Positions 47,201-54,723 of a stretch of DNA of 64,000 nucleotides are shown here, piece after piece; position 1 is the stretch's first letter; the number at the start of each line of letters is the position of its first letter. Below the pieces are notes generated by a model. That model searched no databases. It saw only the letters and a program-made list of their open reading frames with translations, and had not been told where the DNA came from. Location: contig JARKQH010000093.1 in assembly GCA_029974925.1 (NCBI GenBank), positions 8,975 through 72,974 of the forward strand, read 5' to 3'. Source of the DNA: Verrucomicrobiota bacterium (GTDB lineage Bacteria > Verrucomicrobiota > Verrucomicrobiia > Limisphaerales > UBA8199). Position numbers and translations under genes: made by a program.

Positions 47201-47268
47201 GGGCCAACCCGCCTTCCTACCTGGTGACTCCGTCGGGCAGCGCCAAATTCTACCGCGCCCGCCAGTAG
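44266..47268 (+). CDS. large secreted multidomain protein (Ig-like + LamG/concanavalin-like domains, C-terminal FYR tail)
   Basis: Signal peptide MKRAISMFCGSLLVSALPSFA. An unassigned alpha/beta N-domain, then an Ig-like domain (PLSYQWYKDGQPV...DAGDYYLVVTN). The LamG domain reads FTVSLWVN...WHHIAYV...FIDEVAVWDRALSPEEI. A second Ig-like domain, a second lectin-like domain, and the tail ...WSDVTG...AKFYRARQ follow. The ORF-track start is 44212. Confidence 0.8.
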   Translation: MKRAISMFCGSLLVSALPSFAANIAWVSFHPADDTPSANALAAGFTNAPDAGYTRLLAANGHTVTRFVTIEGLQNSPDLIAALNTNDLVIISRSVPSGHYDSAAETAAWNGLTKPLMSLNGYVDRANRLGFHTGDTIPDVNSNPMRLRVNAVAHPMFAGIALTPTNTMVNPYCSIVVFTNASTGATNVQRGISVVTSPIIAGGSVLATVGTPGDAAFGGMVIGEFPPGITSQRGDVLAARRLVFLTGSRELSITSEGAGIFDLSADGAQMFLNAVTYLTTPQLPKCTVPLLGATNLVEGDTWTFTAGPIGDPPLSYQWYKDGQPVADGTTEALTLLNLTSSDAGDYYLVVTNLLGSATSTTGRLEFASFATANLTNRIISYWPLDGILGSKTPDLVSGYDMTLVNMSSANLVPGRWGQAFSFTNGTSTMLQRVNNPADDLPIYKYPNFTVSLWVNGPVQTDHRVFSEGSTTNNNTLFNIGTHSGGTDGSVDIYIRTDGGTVIPGDHRHTTAIAFDDTWHHIAYVQRDVGNGSMIAAVYVDGVRDAVTITPVRPLTPQTTSIGGILRGSPSAWFTGFIDEVAVWDRALSPEEIALLQVTQITNPPSRLQPLAINSFKADLPAVVTGDSTVLRWDVSKDATQVTIDKLGDVTAITQVGIGTNVVTPTGDTTYVLTVRRGVDTLSATTSVAVVSGVAAGWTLLDNFDRYAPGQLAANGYWTEPTGFSAEVINVGANRALRTVAGNSVAFLNLRTLTIPEFQGRTLFYRMMVGSAAALNATNIVGLTDKSQRSYGDNFSNIGPVLYHTAFTNVAWGVETNAWYIGARNYPGSSIDYPFTPLEYDVVYNIWIDITNAPMGDPYYLNDTFSVYIQKEGETERTLLFENYGSDRDLFVVDPVLGPMLPNLDKLIVLGNSATYSAVFDDFYLSKSGYNATVPRPYGSTAQPGSLEIRWNGSQLEIRWSAGILQEADAITGSWSDVTGANPPSYLVTPSGSAKFYRARQ

Positions 47269-47288
47269 GCAAGAGTATTCCGGTTGAA

Positions 47289-47330
47289 GCCGGAGCCGGC
47301 GGCACTCGCCGGCTCCGGCAGTTTTGCTTT
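47289..47330 (+). terminator. rho-independent terminator
   Basis: GCCGGAGCCGGCG (47289-47301), loop GCACT, CGCCGGCTCCGGC (47307-47319), followed by AGTTTTGCTTT. The 13-bp stem is perfect and starts 21 nt after the stop. Confidence 0.8.
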
Positions 47331-47726
47331 CAGGGGCCACCCTCCGCTCTGCCGGCTGCCTGGAACCAAATCAACACCTGCCGCGTTGTCCACAAGCAAA
47401 TCGTTGCCGGTTGATAGTCCTTCATTTTTACCGCCCCTAGCGCAGAATGAAGCTTCGGCCAGGAACCGCCCAAGCCAAGGGAAGCGGCCGGGGCAGTTGT
47501 GGGTCCTGAACCTGGTCACAGGGGCCCCGCGGCTGCGCAGGGGGTCCGCCGCCAAGCCGATACGCAAGCACCGCCATCTCGCAACTCAAGCCACAGGAGC
47601 CCGCACGGCGTTCCATCCATGCGTCGTGTCATGCCTGCCCGCGGCGAAAGCCTTTTGCTTCCAAAGGAACAGCGGCCCAAACGGGCAGCCAACGAAACAA
47701 CGTGGCAGCCAATCGTTCCTGTCAAT

Positions 47727-50321
47727 TCAGGGCTGCACCAGCCGGTAAAAGCGGGTCGCGCCCGGGATGACGTCATCGAAGCAAGGCGGGCTGGGCGGAG
47801 GTGAGAACGAGGTCCAAGGACCGGCGAGGTTCGGCGCCCACTGGAGCTGGCCGGTGCCGGTCCAGTCCAGCCTGACCTGGTTGCCCGTCAGGACGATGGG
47901 CAGGAACCGGGGCGGCGGCAGGACCGGGTCCAGTCGCAGCACGCCCAGATAGGTGAAGTGGTAGGCGTTGTTGTTGTTGGCGGTGGGGCCGATGGTGATG
48001 ATGATTTCGCGGGCGGCATTGGGAATGATACCGGTAACCGTCACGCTGTTGGTCACGTTGTTAGCCGCGTCCAAGGCGCCGAACCCCGAATTCGCACCAA
48101 CGACGGTGTAGCCGGTTTCGCGGTTGTCGCTGGCGCCGGTGCGCGAGGCATAAAAAGTGAGGTTGTATTTGGCATCGGGATTCAGGCCCGTGAGCTTGAA
48201 GGCGGGAAAGACGTTGGCCAGCCCCGACCACAGCTCGGTATTGCCATAGAGGGAGTCGCGGGTGGCATCCTGCGGGAGCCAGGGACAACTGGTCGTGCCG
48301 TTCTCATTCGCGCCGTTGAACCGGCTGAGCATAACCAAGCCGACCGAGGTGGGAAGATTCCCGGCGGTGACCAGGTTGGTGAGCACTCCCGAGGAGGACG
48401 ACCCCACAGCGGTGGTGACATTGTTCCAGGAATTGAGCGGGTCGTCGGGAGGGGGGCCAAAGGAAGTGGTGCTGGTTCCACCAAAGTCGAAGAACAAGGA
48501 GCGGGCAAAGGGGTTCTGGCCGGCGGGCAGGACGTGGAGGACCGCGCCGGTGCTGGTGGCGCCATAGGCCAGGTTGCTGACGGTCACGGCGAACACCGTC
48601 CCGTCCATGTTCGCCGTCGTGGAGGGAACTGTATAGGAGAAAGAGTTTGCGCCCGGGATGGGCACCCCATTACTGAGCCACTGGACAAAAAAGGGCGGCG
48701 TGCCCTGAACCGCCGCGCTGAAGGTGGCCGGCTGTCGCTCATAGACCGTCTGGTCCTCCGGGTGGCGGGTGAACACGATGGGCTCCTGTTGCGGCACCGC
48801 GTCCACGCGCATCGCCCCGAGGTAAGTGAAGTGGTTGGGACTGTTGTTGTTGGTCGTCGGTGCGAGACTAATCGTAATTTCGCCCAACGCATCCGGGATG
48901 ATGGCGGGCACCATGACCGTGGCATCCTGGTTGTTGGAAGCATCGAGCACCGCCCAGCCGCTATTCTGCCCAACGACAGTATAACCGGTTTCGCGGTTGT
49001 CCGTGACACCGAGGCGCGAGGCATAAAAGGTGAAAGTGTAGGTGCGGGCGGGGTTCAAGCGGGTGAGTTTGAAGCTTGGAAAGAGGTTGCTTTGGCCGCC
49101 GAAGGGTTCGGTGTTGCCAAACAACGAGTCCCGGGTGGCGTTGGGGGGAAAGACCGTCGAGGCCAAGGTGCCGTTTTGGTTCGCGCCGTTGAACCGGCTG
49201 ATCATGGCCAGCCCGATGTCGGCGGAAGCGCCCCAGGTAGTCACGAGGTTGGACAGTTGCCCCGAGCCGGAGGTGCCGATGATTTCCGTGATGTTGTTCC
49301 AGTGATTTTCGGGATCGGCCGGGGCGGCGCCATTGGTCGTGATGGCGGCGGCGGCGCCGAAATCGAAGAGAAAAGTCTGCACACCGGTCTGGCTGGAATT
49401 CGAGACGGTGGACCAGGCCATGTCTTCCAGGAAAGTGGGGGAGACGGTGAGTCCCAGATTCAACCCGGAAACCAGGGAATTGGTGGAAAGGCCGTGCGGA
49501 CTTTGGCCATAGATTACGCTGTAGAAAACGCAGGCCGCCAGGTAGTAACCGTTGTTGTTGCCATGATAATTGTCCGTGTCGAACAGCGGCACAAAGAGGG
49601 GGTCCGAGACTTCACGCAAACCTCCGGCATTTTCCCAAGCCGTCCCCACCGGTCCGACCACGACAGGGGGGTTGGTGGGATGAGCGGCATTGAGGAAGTC
49701 TGCCAGTCCCTGGTAGTTGGTGCGCAGTTCGGTCTGGAACTCCGCCGTGCTGGCAAAACTCGTCGGGGAGGAGACGCCGGTGATCAGGGGATGGGCCGCC
49801 GCGCGCGACCAGGTCTCGAAGAGAATGACGCGGGTGTTGGGGTTATTGGTCATCACCTGGCGATAAAGCAGGGAGCCGTAGGTGTAGTGGTCGGAGACAC
49901 TGCCGCTGGCCAGATGGGTCGGCTCGGTGCTGTAATTCTGCAGCACCACGTGAGTCCATTGGTCGGAGGTGATCGCGGCCTGAGTTGTCGGGTCCTGGCT
50001 GTGAAACTGGAAATCCTGCCCGCCCACGGCGCGCATCACAGTGACCGGGTCCGGCTGCCCGCCCGCCTGCGCCAAGCGATCGAAGATGCCGGGAACACCG
50101 CCCCCGCCACTGCCGATGGTAAAACTGTTGCCAATGAACAGCACGCGATACTGGCCCTGGGCGTCCGGCAAGGCCGCCAGGATCACGCCCAGAACCAAGG
50201 CCGGCATCAGGCGAAAGCCGCCCGGCCGCAAGGCGGCGACGACATTGGATGAGGAAAAACATCGGCTCATAAGCAAATCCAGACCGTGGTTCGGAGATGA
50301 ATGACTTTCGGGGCGCCGCAC
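47727..50321 (-). CDS. secreted SGNH/GDSL-like esterase fused to two copies of an unclassified ~190-aa module, an Ig-like domain and a C-terminal FYR tail
   Basis: 864 aa. Signal peptide ...LVLGVILAALPDAQG, with M18 (50270) the likely start. YRVLFIGNSFT is SGNH block I-like. The modules are aa 316-508 and 608-800. The Ig-like domain has FVQWLSNGVPIPG and the tail ends in RFYRLVQP. The composition is plausible, unlike the antisense ORF. Confidence 0.8.
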   Translation of the reverse strand: MRRPESHSSPNHGLDLLMSRCFSSSNVVAALRPGGFRLMPALVLGVILAALPDAQGQYRVLFIGNSFTIGSGGGGVPGIFDRLAQAGGQPDPVTVMRAVGGQDFQFHSQDPTTQAAITSDQWTHVVLQNYSTEPTHLASGSVSDHYTYGSLLYRQVMTNNPNTRVILFETWSRAAAHPLITGVSSPTSFASTAEFQTELRTNYQGLADFLNAAHPTNPPVVVGPVGTAWENAGGLREVSDPLFVPLFDTDNYHGNNNGYYLAACVFYSVIYGQSPHGLSTNSLVSGLNLGLTVSPTFLEDMAWSTVSNSSQTGVQTFLFDFGAAAAITTNGAAPADPENHWNNITEIIGTSGSGQLSNLVTTWGASADIGLAMISRFNGANQNGTLASTVFPPNATRDSLFGNTEPFGGQSNLFPSFKLTRLNPARTYTFTFYASRLGVTDNRETGYTVVGQNSGWAVLDASNNQDATVMVPAIIPDALGEITISLAPTTNNNSPNHFTYLGAMRVDAVPQQEPIVFTRHPEDQTVYERQPATFSAAVQGTPPFFVQWLSNGVPIPGANSFSYTVPSTTANMDGTVFAVTVSNLAYGATSTGAVLHVLPAGQNPFARSLFFDFGGTSTTSFGPPPDDPLNSWNNVTTAVGSSSSGVLTNLVTAGNLPTSVGLVMLSRFNGANENGTTSCPWLPQDATRDSLYGNTELWSGLANVFPAFKLTGLNPDAKYNLTFYASRTGASDNRETGYTVVGANSGFGALDAANNVTNSVTVTGIIPNAAREIIITIGPTANNNNAYHFTYLGVLRLDPVLPPPRFLPIVLTGNQVRLDWTGTGQLQWAPNLAGPWTSFSPPPSPPCFDDVIPGATRFYRLVQP
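47922..48500 (-). repeat. module copy A (864-aa protein, aa 608-800)
   Basis: SLFFDFGGTSTT...NSWNN...SRFNGANENGT...ATRDSLYGNTE...FPAFKLTGLNP...LTFYASRTGASDNRETGYTV...HFTYLGVLRLDPV. DNA-level similarity to copy C is visible, e.g. 48244-48266 versus 50901-50923. Confidence 0.7.
48798..49376 (-). repeat. module copy B (864-aa protein, aa 316-508)
   Basis: TFLFDFGAAAA...NHWNN...SRFNGANQNGT...ATRDSLFGNTE...FPSFKLTRLNP...FTFYASRLGVTDNRETGYTV...HFTYLGAMRVDAV. Confidence 0.7.
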
Positions 50322-50333
50322 CGGCTTAAACCA

Positions 50334-50370
50334 CGCTCACGCCGGTCCGTTTGCCGGACCGGCGTGAGCG
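50334..50370 (-). terminator. 16-bp perfect hairpin between the two paralogs (possible weak terminator/attenuator)
   Basis: CGCTCACGCCGGTCCG (50334-50349), 5-nt loop, CGGACCGGCGTGAGCG (50355-50370). On the minus strand it is followed only by TGGTTTAAG, a short T-tract. Confidence 0.45.
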
Positions 50371-50386
50371 GCAAGGCAGGCCGACG

Positions 50387-52501
50387 CTATTGCTGCAAAC
50401 GATAGTATCGGCTTTCGCCCGGCACCAGGGACTCGGTGTAAGGCGAAGCCGGGGACGGCTCAACCGGCTGCCAGGGGCCCAGCACGGAGGAAGCGCGCAA
50501 GAGCCGCCCCGTGCCGGTCCATTGCAGCTTGATCTGGCCGTTCTCGATCACCGGCGGCAGGAACACCGGCGGCGGAACATAGGGGGCCACCCGCATCACG
50601 CCCAGGTAGGTGAAGTGGTTGGCGTTGTTGTTGTTGGCTGTGGGGGCGAGGCTGATGGTGATTTCGCCCGCCGCGTTGGGAGCAATGCTGTTGGCGGTGG
50701 CCGTGTTGTTGATGTTGTTGGCGGCGTTGAGAGCCACAAAGCCGGTGTTAGCCCCCTCGAGAGTGTAACCCGTCTCCCGGTTGTCGCTGACCCCCGTGCG
50801 GGAGGCATAGAAGGTGAAGCTGTATTGGCGGGAGGGATTCAGCCCGGTGAGTTTGAAGCTGGGAAAGACGTTGCTCAAACTTTGGAACACCTCGGTGTTG
50901 CCATAGAGGGAATCGCGGGTTGCCTTGGCGGGGAACACCGTGGACAGCAGGGTACCGTTTTCGTTGGCGCCCCCGAACCGCTTGAGCATGACCAGCGAAT
51001 AGGGGGTCTGCGCGTTGTGAACGGTTATCAGATTGGCCAAAACGCCGGCGTCCGAGCTGCCGACGGCGGTGGTGACGTTGTTCCAATAATTGACGGGATC
51101 ATCCGGGGCGGGACCGAAGCCGGTGGTGTTGCTGCCGCCGAAGTCAAACAGCATCTCCTGCTCCTCGAGGGGCGTGACCGTGCCCGCCAGCATGGTATTG
51201 GGGGCGATGGGATTGCCCACCAGGTCCTGCACGCCGTTGACCACCACGGTGAAAGCGCCCGAGATGGGCGCGTCGAGAGTCAACGTGACCACCTGCGCCG
51301 AGGCGTCCGGCGCCGCGGCGACGACGTTCACCGCCCCCCCGTTCACTTGATAATTGAGGTGGTTGTAAACGGTGGCATCCATCGGCTCGTTGAAGCGGAG
51401 CACCACCGTGACTCCGTCATAGCTGTTAACAGCCAGCAGCACCGGCGGGTTGGTGTCGGAGCTAACGGTGAGCACGGCGTTGCTGCTCATCACGCCGTAG
51501 GCGAGGTTGCTCACGGAAACCTGAAACTGCCAGCCGTCCATGTACAGCTCCACCGACGGAATCGTGTAACTGAATCGGGTTTCGCCGGGAATGGGGGTTC
51601 CGTTCTGATACCATTGGACCGAGTAAGGAGGCGCGCCGGTAACGGCGGCAGTGAAGGTGACGGGTTTGAACTGAACCACACGCTGACTGACCGGCTCGAG
51701 GGTGAAGCCCAACGGGGTTTGGGGCGGGATGGCGTCCACTTTCAGCACGCCGAGGTAGGTGAAGTGGTATTGATTGTTGTTATTGGCGGTGGGGGCCATG
51801 CTGATGGTGATCTCCCCCGACTCGTTGGGCATAATGCCGCTTACGGTGACAGTTTGATCCTCATTGTTGGAGGCATTCAGGGCGGCGAATCCCGCGTTGC
51901 CCCCCGTAACCGTATAGCCCGTCTCCCGGTTGTCGCTGGCACCCATTCGCGAGGCGAAGAAGGTGAAGCTGTAGGTCGTGGCGGCATCCAGCCCCACCAA
52001 CTTGAAGCTCGGGAAGATATTCTCCAGCCCGGACCAGAGCTCGGTGTTGCCATACAACGAGTCCCGCGTCGCATCCACAGGGTAAAGGGTCGAGTTCTGA
52101 GTGCCGTTTTCATTCACGCCGTTAAAGCGGCTGAGCATTAGGATGCTGATGCTGCTGGTTGTGTTCAGCGTCGAGACCAGGTTCGACAGCGCGCCGGTCG
52201 GTGAACTGCCAATGGCGTTGTCCAGGTTATTCCAGTAGTTATTCGGGTCATCGTTGGGCGCCGGTCCAAACACGGTCGTGCTGGAGCCTCCAAAATCAAT
52301 CAGGTAGGTCTGCGCCCGGGCGGAAAGGCCGCCCGCGGCGGTCAAGACGGCGGCGAGGCACAGCAGTCCCAGCCGGACAAGCCAACGCCTTTGCGGGACG
52401 CGCGAGATTTCCGGGGGCGTGAAAAGGGCGGTCGAAGCTTTGACCTTCATGGGAGTTGCATCTGAGGTTTTCATACTGTGGTGGTTGGTTGCAGGTGACA
52501 C
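50387..52501 (-). CDS. secreted paralog: two copies of the ~190-aa module, Ig-like and Big-like domains, C-terminal FYR tail
   Basis: 704 aa. Signal peptide RRWLVRLGLLCLAAVLTAAGGLSARA, with the start possibly M10 (52474) or M18 (52450). The modules are aa 65-258 and 450-640. The Ig-like domain has YSVQWYQNGTPIPG and the tail ends in RYYRLQQ. Confidence 0.8.
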   Translation of the reverse strand: MSPATNHHSMKTSDATPMKVKASTALFTPPEISRVPQRRWLVRLGLLCLAAVLTAAGGLSARAQTYLIDFGGSSTTVFGPAPNDDPNNYWNNLDNAIGSSPTGALSNLVSTLNTTSSISILMLSRFNGVNENGTQNSTLYPVDATRDSLYGNTELWSGLENIFPSFKLVGLDAATTYSFTFFASRMGASDNRETGYTVTGGNAGFAALNASNNEDQTVTVSGIMPNESGEITISMAPTANNNNQYHFTYLGVLKVDAIPPQTPLGFTLEPVSQRVVQFKPVTFTAAVTGAPPYSVQWYQNGTPIPGETRFSYTIPSVELYMDGWQFQVSVSNLAYGVMSSNAVLTVSSDTNPPVLLAVNSYDGVTVVLRFNEPMDATVYNHLNYQVNGGAVNVVAAAPDASAQVVTLTLDAPISGAFTVVVNGVQDLVGNPIAPNTMLAGTVTPLEEQEMLFDFGGSNTTGFGPAPDDPVNYWNNVTTAVGSSDAGVLANLITVHNAQTPYSLVMLKRFGGANENGTLLSTVFPAKATRDSLYGNTEVFQSLSNVFPSFKLTGLNPSRQYSFTFYASRTGVSDNRETGYTLEGANTGFVALNAANNINNTATANSIAPNAAGEITISLAPTANNNNANHFTYLGVMRVAPYVPPPVFLPPVIENGQIKLQWTGTGRLLRASSVLGPWQPVEPSPASPYTESLVPGESRYYRLQQ
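50582..51154 (-). repeat. module copy C (704-aa protein, aa 450-640)
   Basis: MLFDFGGSNTT...NYWNN...KRFGGANENGT...ATRDSLYGNTE...FPSFKLTGLNP...FTFYASRTGVSDNRETGYTL...HFTYLGVMRVAP. Confidence 0.7.
51728..52309 (-). repeat. module copy D (704-aa protein, aa 65-258)
   Basis: TYLIDFGGSSTT...NYWNN...SRFNGVNENGT...ATRDSLYGNTE...FPSFKLVGLDA...FTFFASRMGASDNRETGYTV...HFTYLGVLKVDAI. Confidence 0.7.
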
Positions 52502-52527
52502 GTTGCTGGGTTTGGATTTGTTTGGGT

Positions 52528-53184
52528 TTACTGCATCGCCTGGATGAACTCGTCCGCCTTGGCGATGGACGCGTTCATGTCGGCGATAAGATTGGCGATT
52601 TCGAGCTGGATGTGGGTGGCCTCGCCCCGGAGGGAAGCGATCGCCTGGGCGTTGAGGTTGTGCTTGAGGTAGAGCACCTGGTCGCGCAGTTTGGTTAAGA
52701 CCGGTTCCATGCTGCCCTCCGCTCGTTTGAGGGCGGCGACCATTTGATCATAACGCGCGCGGGTATCGCGAAGCTGGCGACGGCTGCTCTCCGCCAGGGA
52801 GGCGGTGGACATCTGATTGATCTCCTGCTCCCACTCCTTGAAAAGGTCCGCGCCAACACTCTCAACGTCCGCGATGCGTTTGCGGACGGCGGACGCGCGG
52901 TCGGCGGATTTTTTGTAGTCGGATTCGAGGTCGCGGTAGGCCTTCTCCAGTTTTCCTCCGTCAAAGCTGTAGATTTCCTTGAGGCGGGTCAAAGCGTCCT
53001 TGAACTGCTCGCTGGCGGCCTGTTGATCGTCGCGGGCGGCCGCCACCCGCTTCTTCAGGAGGTCGCGCTTATAAACCCCGAGTTTTTCGTAAGCGGCGTA
53101 GTAGGTGGATTTGCAGCCGGAGAAAATGCCCGACAGGCAAATCATGCCGACCGCCAAGAGCCACGCGCCCATGTATTTGTTCAC
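52528..53184 (-). CDS. DUF2959 family lipoprotein
   Basis: Only the 3' ~657 nt of the 1115-aa ORF look real. (V)NKYMGAWLLAVGMICLSGIFSGC is a signal peptide plus lipobox, followed by a helical protein (YAAYEKLGVYKRDLLKKRV...) typical of DUF2959. The start is GTG 53184 or ATG 53172. Confidence 0.7.
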   Translation of the reverse strand: MNKYMGAWLLAVGMICLSGIFSGCKSTYYAAYEKLGVYKRDLLKKRVAAARDDQQAASEQFKDALTRLKEIYSFDGGKLEKAYRDLESDYKKSADRASAVRKRIADVESVGADLFKEWEQEINQMSTASLAESSRRQLRDTRARYDQMVAALKRAEGSMEPVLTKLRDQVLYLKHNLNAQAIASLRGEATHIQLEIANLIADMNASIAKADEFIQAMQ

Positions 53185-53370
53185 GCCAAAAAGAATACGA
53201 CTATCCCTCTGTGCCGCAAGCTCCACTTGCCGCCGCGTGGGGAAAAGCCCTCCGCCGCGCCGCCCCCGCCGGCCGGTCCAACTCGCTGAGGCTGTCACTC
53301 CCCACTTGCCCTTCGCAACGGGCCGATGCTTAATCGTCGCCGTGGCGGGCAAGGTCAGCCGCCGGGTGTG

Positions 53371-54546
53371 ATGTCCAAAATTCCCAAAGTCATTTTGTTG
53401 ATTGAGTCCTCGCGGGAGGCCGGGCGCGCGCTGCTGCGGGGCATTGCCAATTACGCCCATCACCACGGTCCCTGGTCCTTTTATTGGGAACCCGCCGGGC
53501 TGGAACGAGCGTGGCCGTTGCTGCGGGAAATGGAGGCCGACGGGATCATCCTGCGGGATGTCGGCAATCTCGACGAGGTGCTGGGCCTGCACATCCCGGC
53601 GGTGGTGGTGGGGCATCAGCATCAGGAAGTCGGCGGCTTGGTCAACGTGGTGACCGACTCGCGCGCCCTGGGGCGCATGGCGGCCGAACACCTCCTGAGT
53701 TGCGGCTTTCGGCATTTTGCCTTCTGCGGTTACTCCAGCAGCGCGCAGGAGCAGACCACCTGGTCCGGCGAGCGGCATCAGGCGTTTTCGCAGCGGGTGG
53801 CGGAGGCCGGTTTCGAGCCGGCCCCCGATTACGTTCTGTCGCCGACGGGATCGGACTGGCCCGCGCAACGGCGACGCCTGGCGGCCTGGCTCAAGTCCCT
53901 GCCGACGCCGGTGGGGTTGTTGAGCTGCAACGATGATTGCGGGGCCCAGGTGATGGAAGCCTGTAAAGATGCGGGGCTGACGGTCCCGGACAGCGTCGGC
54001 GTTATCGGGGCCGACAACGACGAACTGGTCTGCGGGCTTTCGGACCCGCCGATGTCGAGCGTGGCAATCAATTTTGAGCGGGCGGGTTATGAGGCGGCGC
54101 ACGCGTTGGAGCGGCTCATGCGAAAGCGCCAGCCCGTGCCGGCCAAGATCATCGCCCTGCCGACCCACATCGTCACCCGGCGCTCGACTGATGTCATCGC
54201 GGTAAGCGATCCGGTGGTGGCGCGGGCGTTGCGATTCATTCGCGACCATCCCGGCCACCCGATTCGCGTCGAGGAGGTCGCCAAGCTCGCGAGCCTGTCG
54301 CGCCGCACCCTCGAGCGCCGTTTCCGCCGCGTCATGGGCTGCTCGGTCCTTCATCAGATTCGCCGCGTGCGCAGCGACGAAATTGCCCGGCTGCTGCTGG
54401 AAACCCAACTGCCTGTGGGCCAGATCGCCGCCCGCCTCGGTTTCGCCGACGTGCAGCATTTTGCCCGATATTTCCGCGCCACACGACGCACCACCCCCCT
54501 GGCGTTTCGCCGGGCTTTGGGGAAACATCCGGCCGCTTCGGGATGA
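53371..54546 (+). CDS. XylR-like transcriptional regulator (LacI-type sugar-binding domain + AraC HTH)
   Basis: MSKIPKVILLIESSREAGRALLRGIANYA... is the periplasmic-binding-protein-like fold. The C-terminal SRRTLERRFRRVMGCSVLHQIRRVR...GFADVQHFARYFR is an AraC-type double HTH. Confidence 0.85.
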   Translation: MSKIPKVILLIESSREAGRALLRGIANYAHHHGPWSFYWEPAGLERAWPLLREMEADGIILRDVGNLDEVLGLHIPAVVVGHQHQEVGGLVNVVTDSRALGRMAAEHLLSCGFRHFAFCGYSSSAQEQTTWSGERHQAFSQRVAEAGFEPAPDYVLSPTGSDWPAQRRRLAAWLKSLPTPVGLLSCNDDCGAQVMEACKDAGLTVPDSVGVIGADNDELVCGLSDPPMSSVAINFERAGYEAAHALERLMRKRQPVPAKIIALPTHIVTRRSTDVIAVSDPVVARALRFIRDHPGHPIRVEEVAKLASLSRRTLERRFRRVMGCSVLHQIRRVRSDEIARLLLETQLPVGQIAARLGFADVQHFARYFRATRRTTPLAFRRALGKHPAASG

Positions 54547-54723
54547 CGAAGGTTCCGCGGGGCCCGCCTGGGCTTCGAGGCGCCGCCGCACCCGGGACGT
54601 GGAGGCCGGAAAGCGCTTGTGACAGGGAGGGGCAAAATGGCCGTGCCACCTTTGGGGGGAAAACCCGCGCCGCGAGACAATGTCAGCATTGCGAGAGCCG
54701 GTCCGCTCACGTAAACGTATGGC

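Noticed and set aside
47958-52141. 764-aa and 596-aa plus-strand ORFs covering the paralog locus
   Set aside because: They are antisense to the secreted-protein genes. Their products are Gly/Val/Arg/Asp low-complexity (MVGVVVVGGGADGDDDFAGG...) with no signal peptide or motifs, whereas the minus-strand products have signal peptides, Ig-like motifs and internally consistent repeats.
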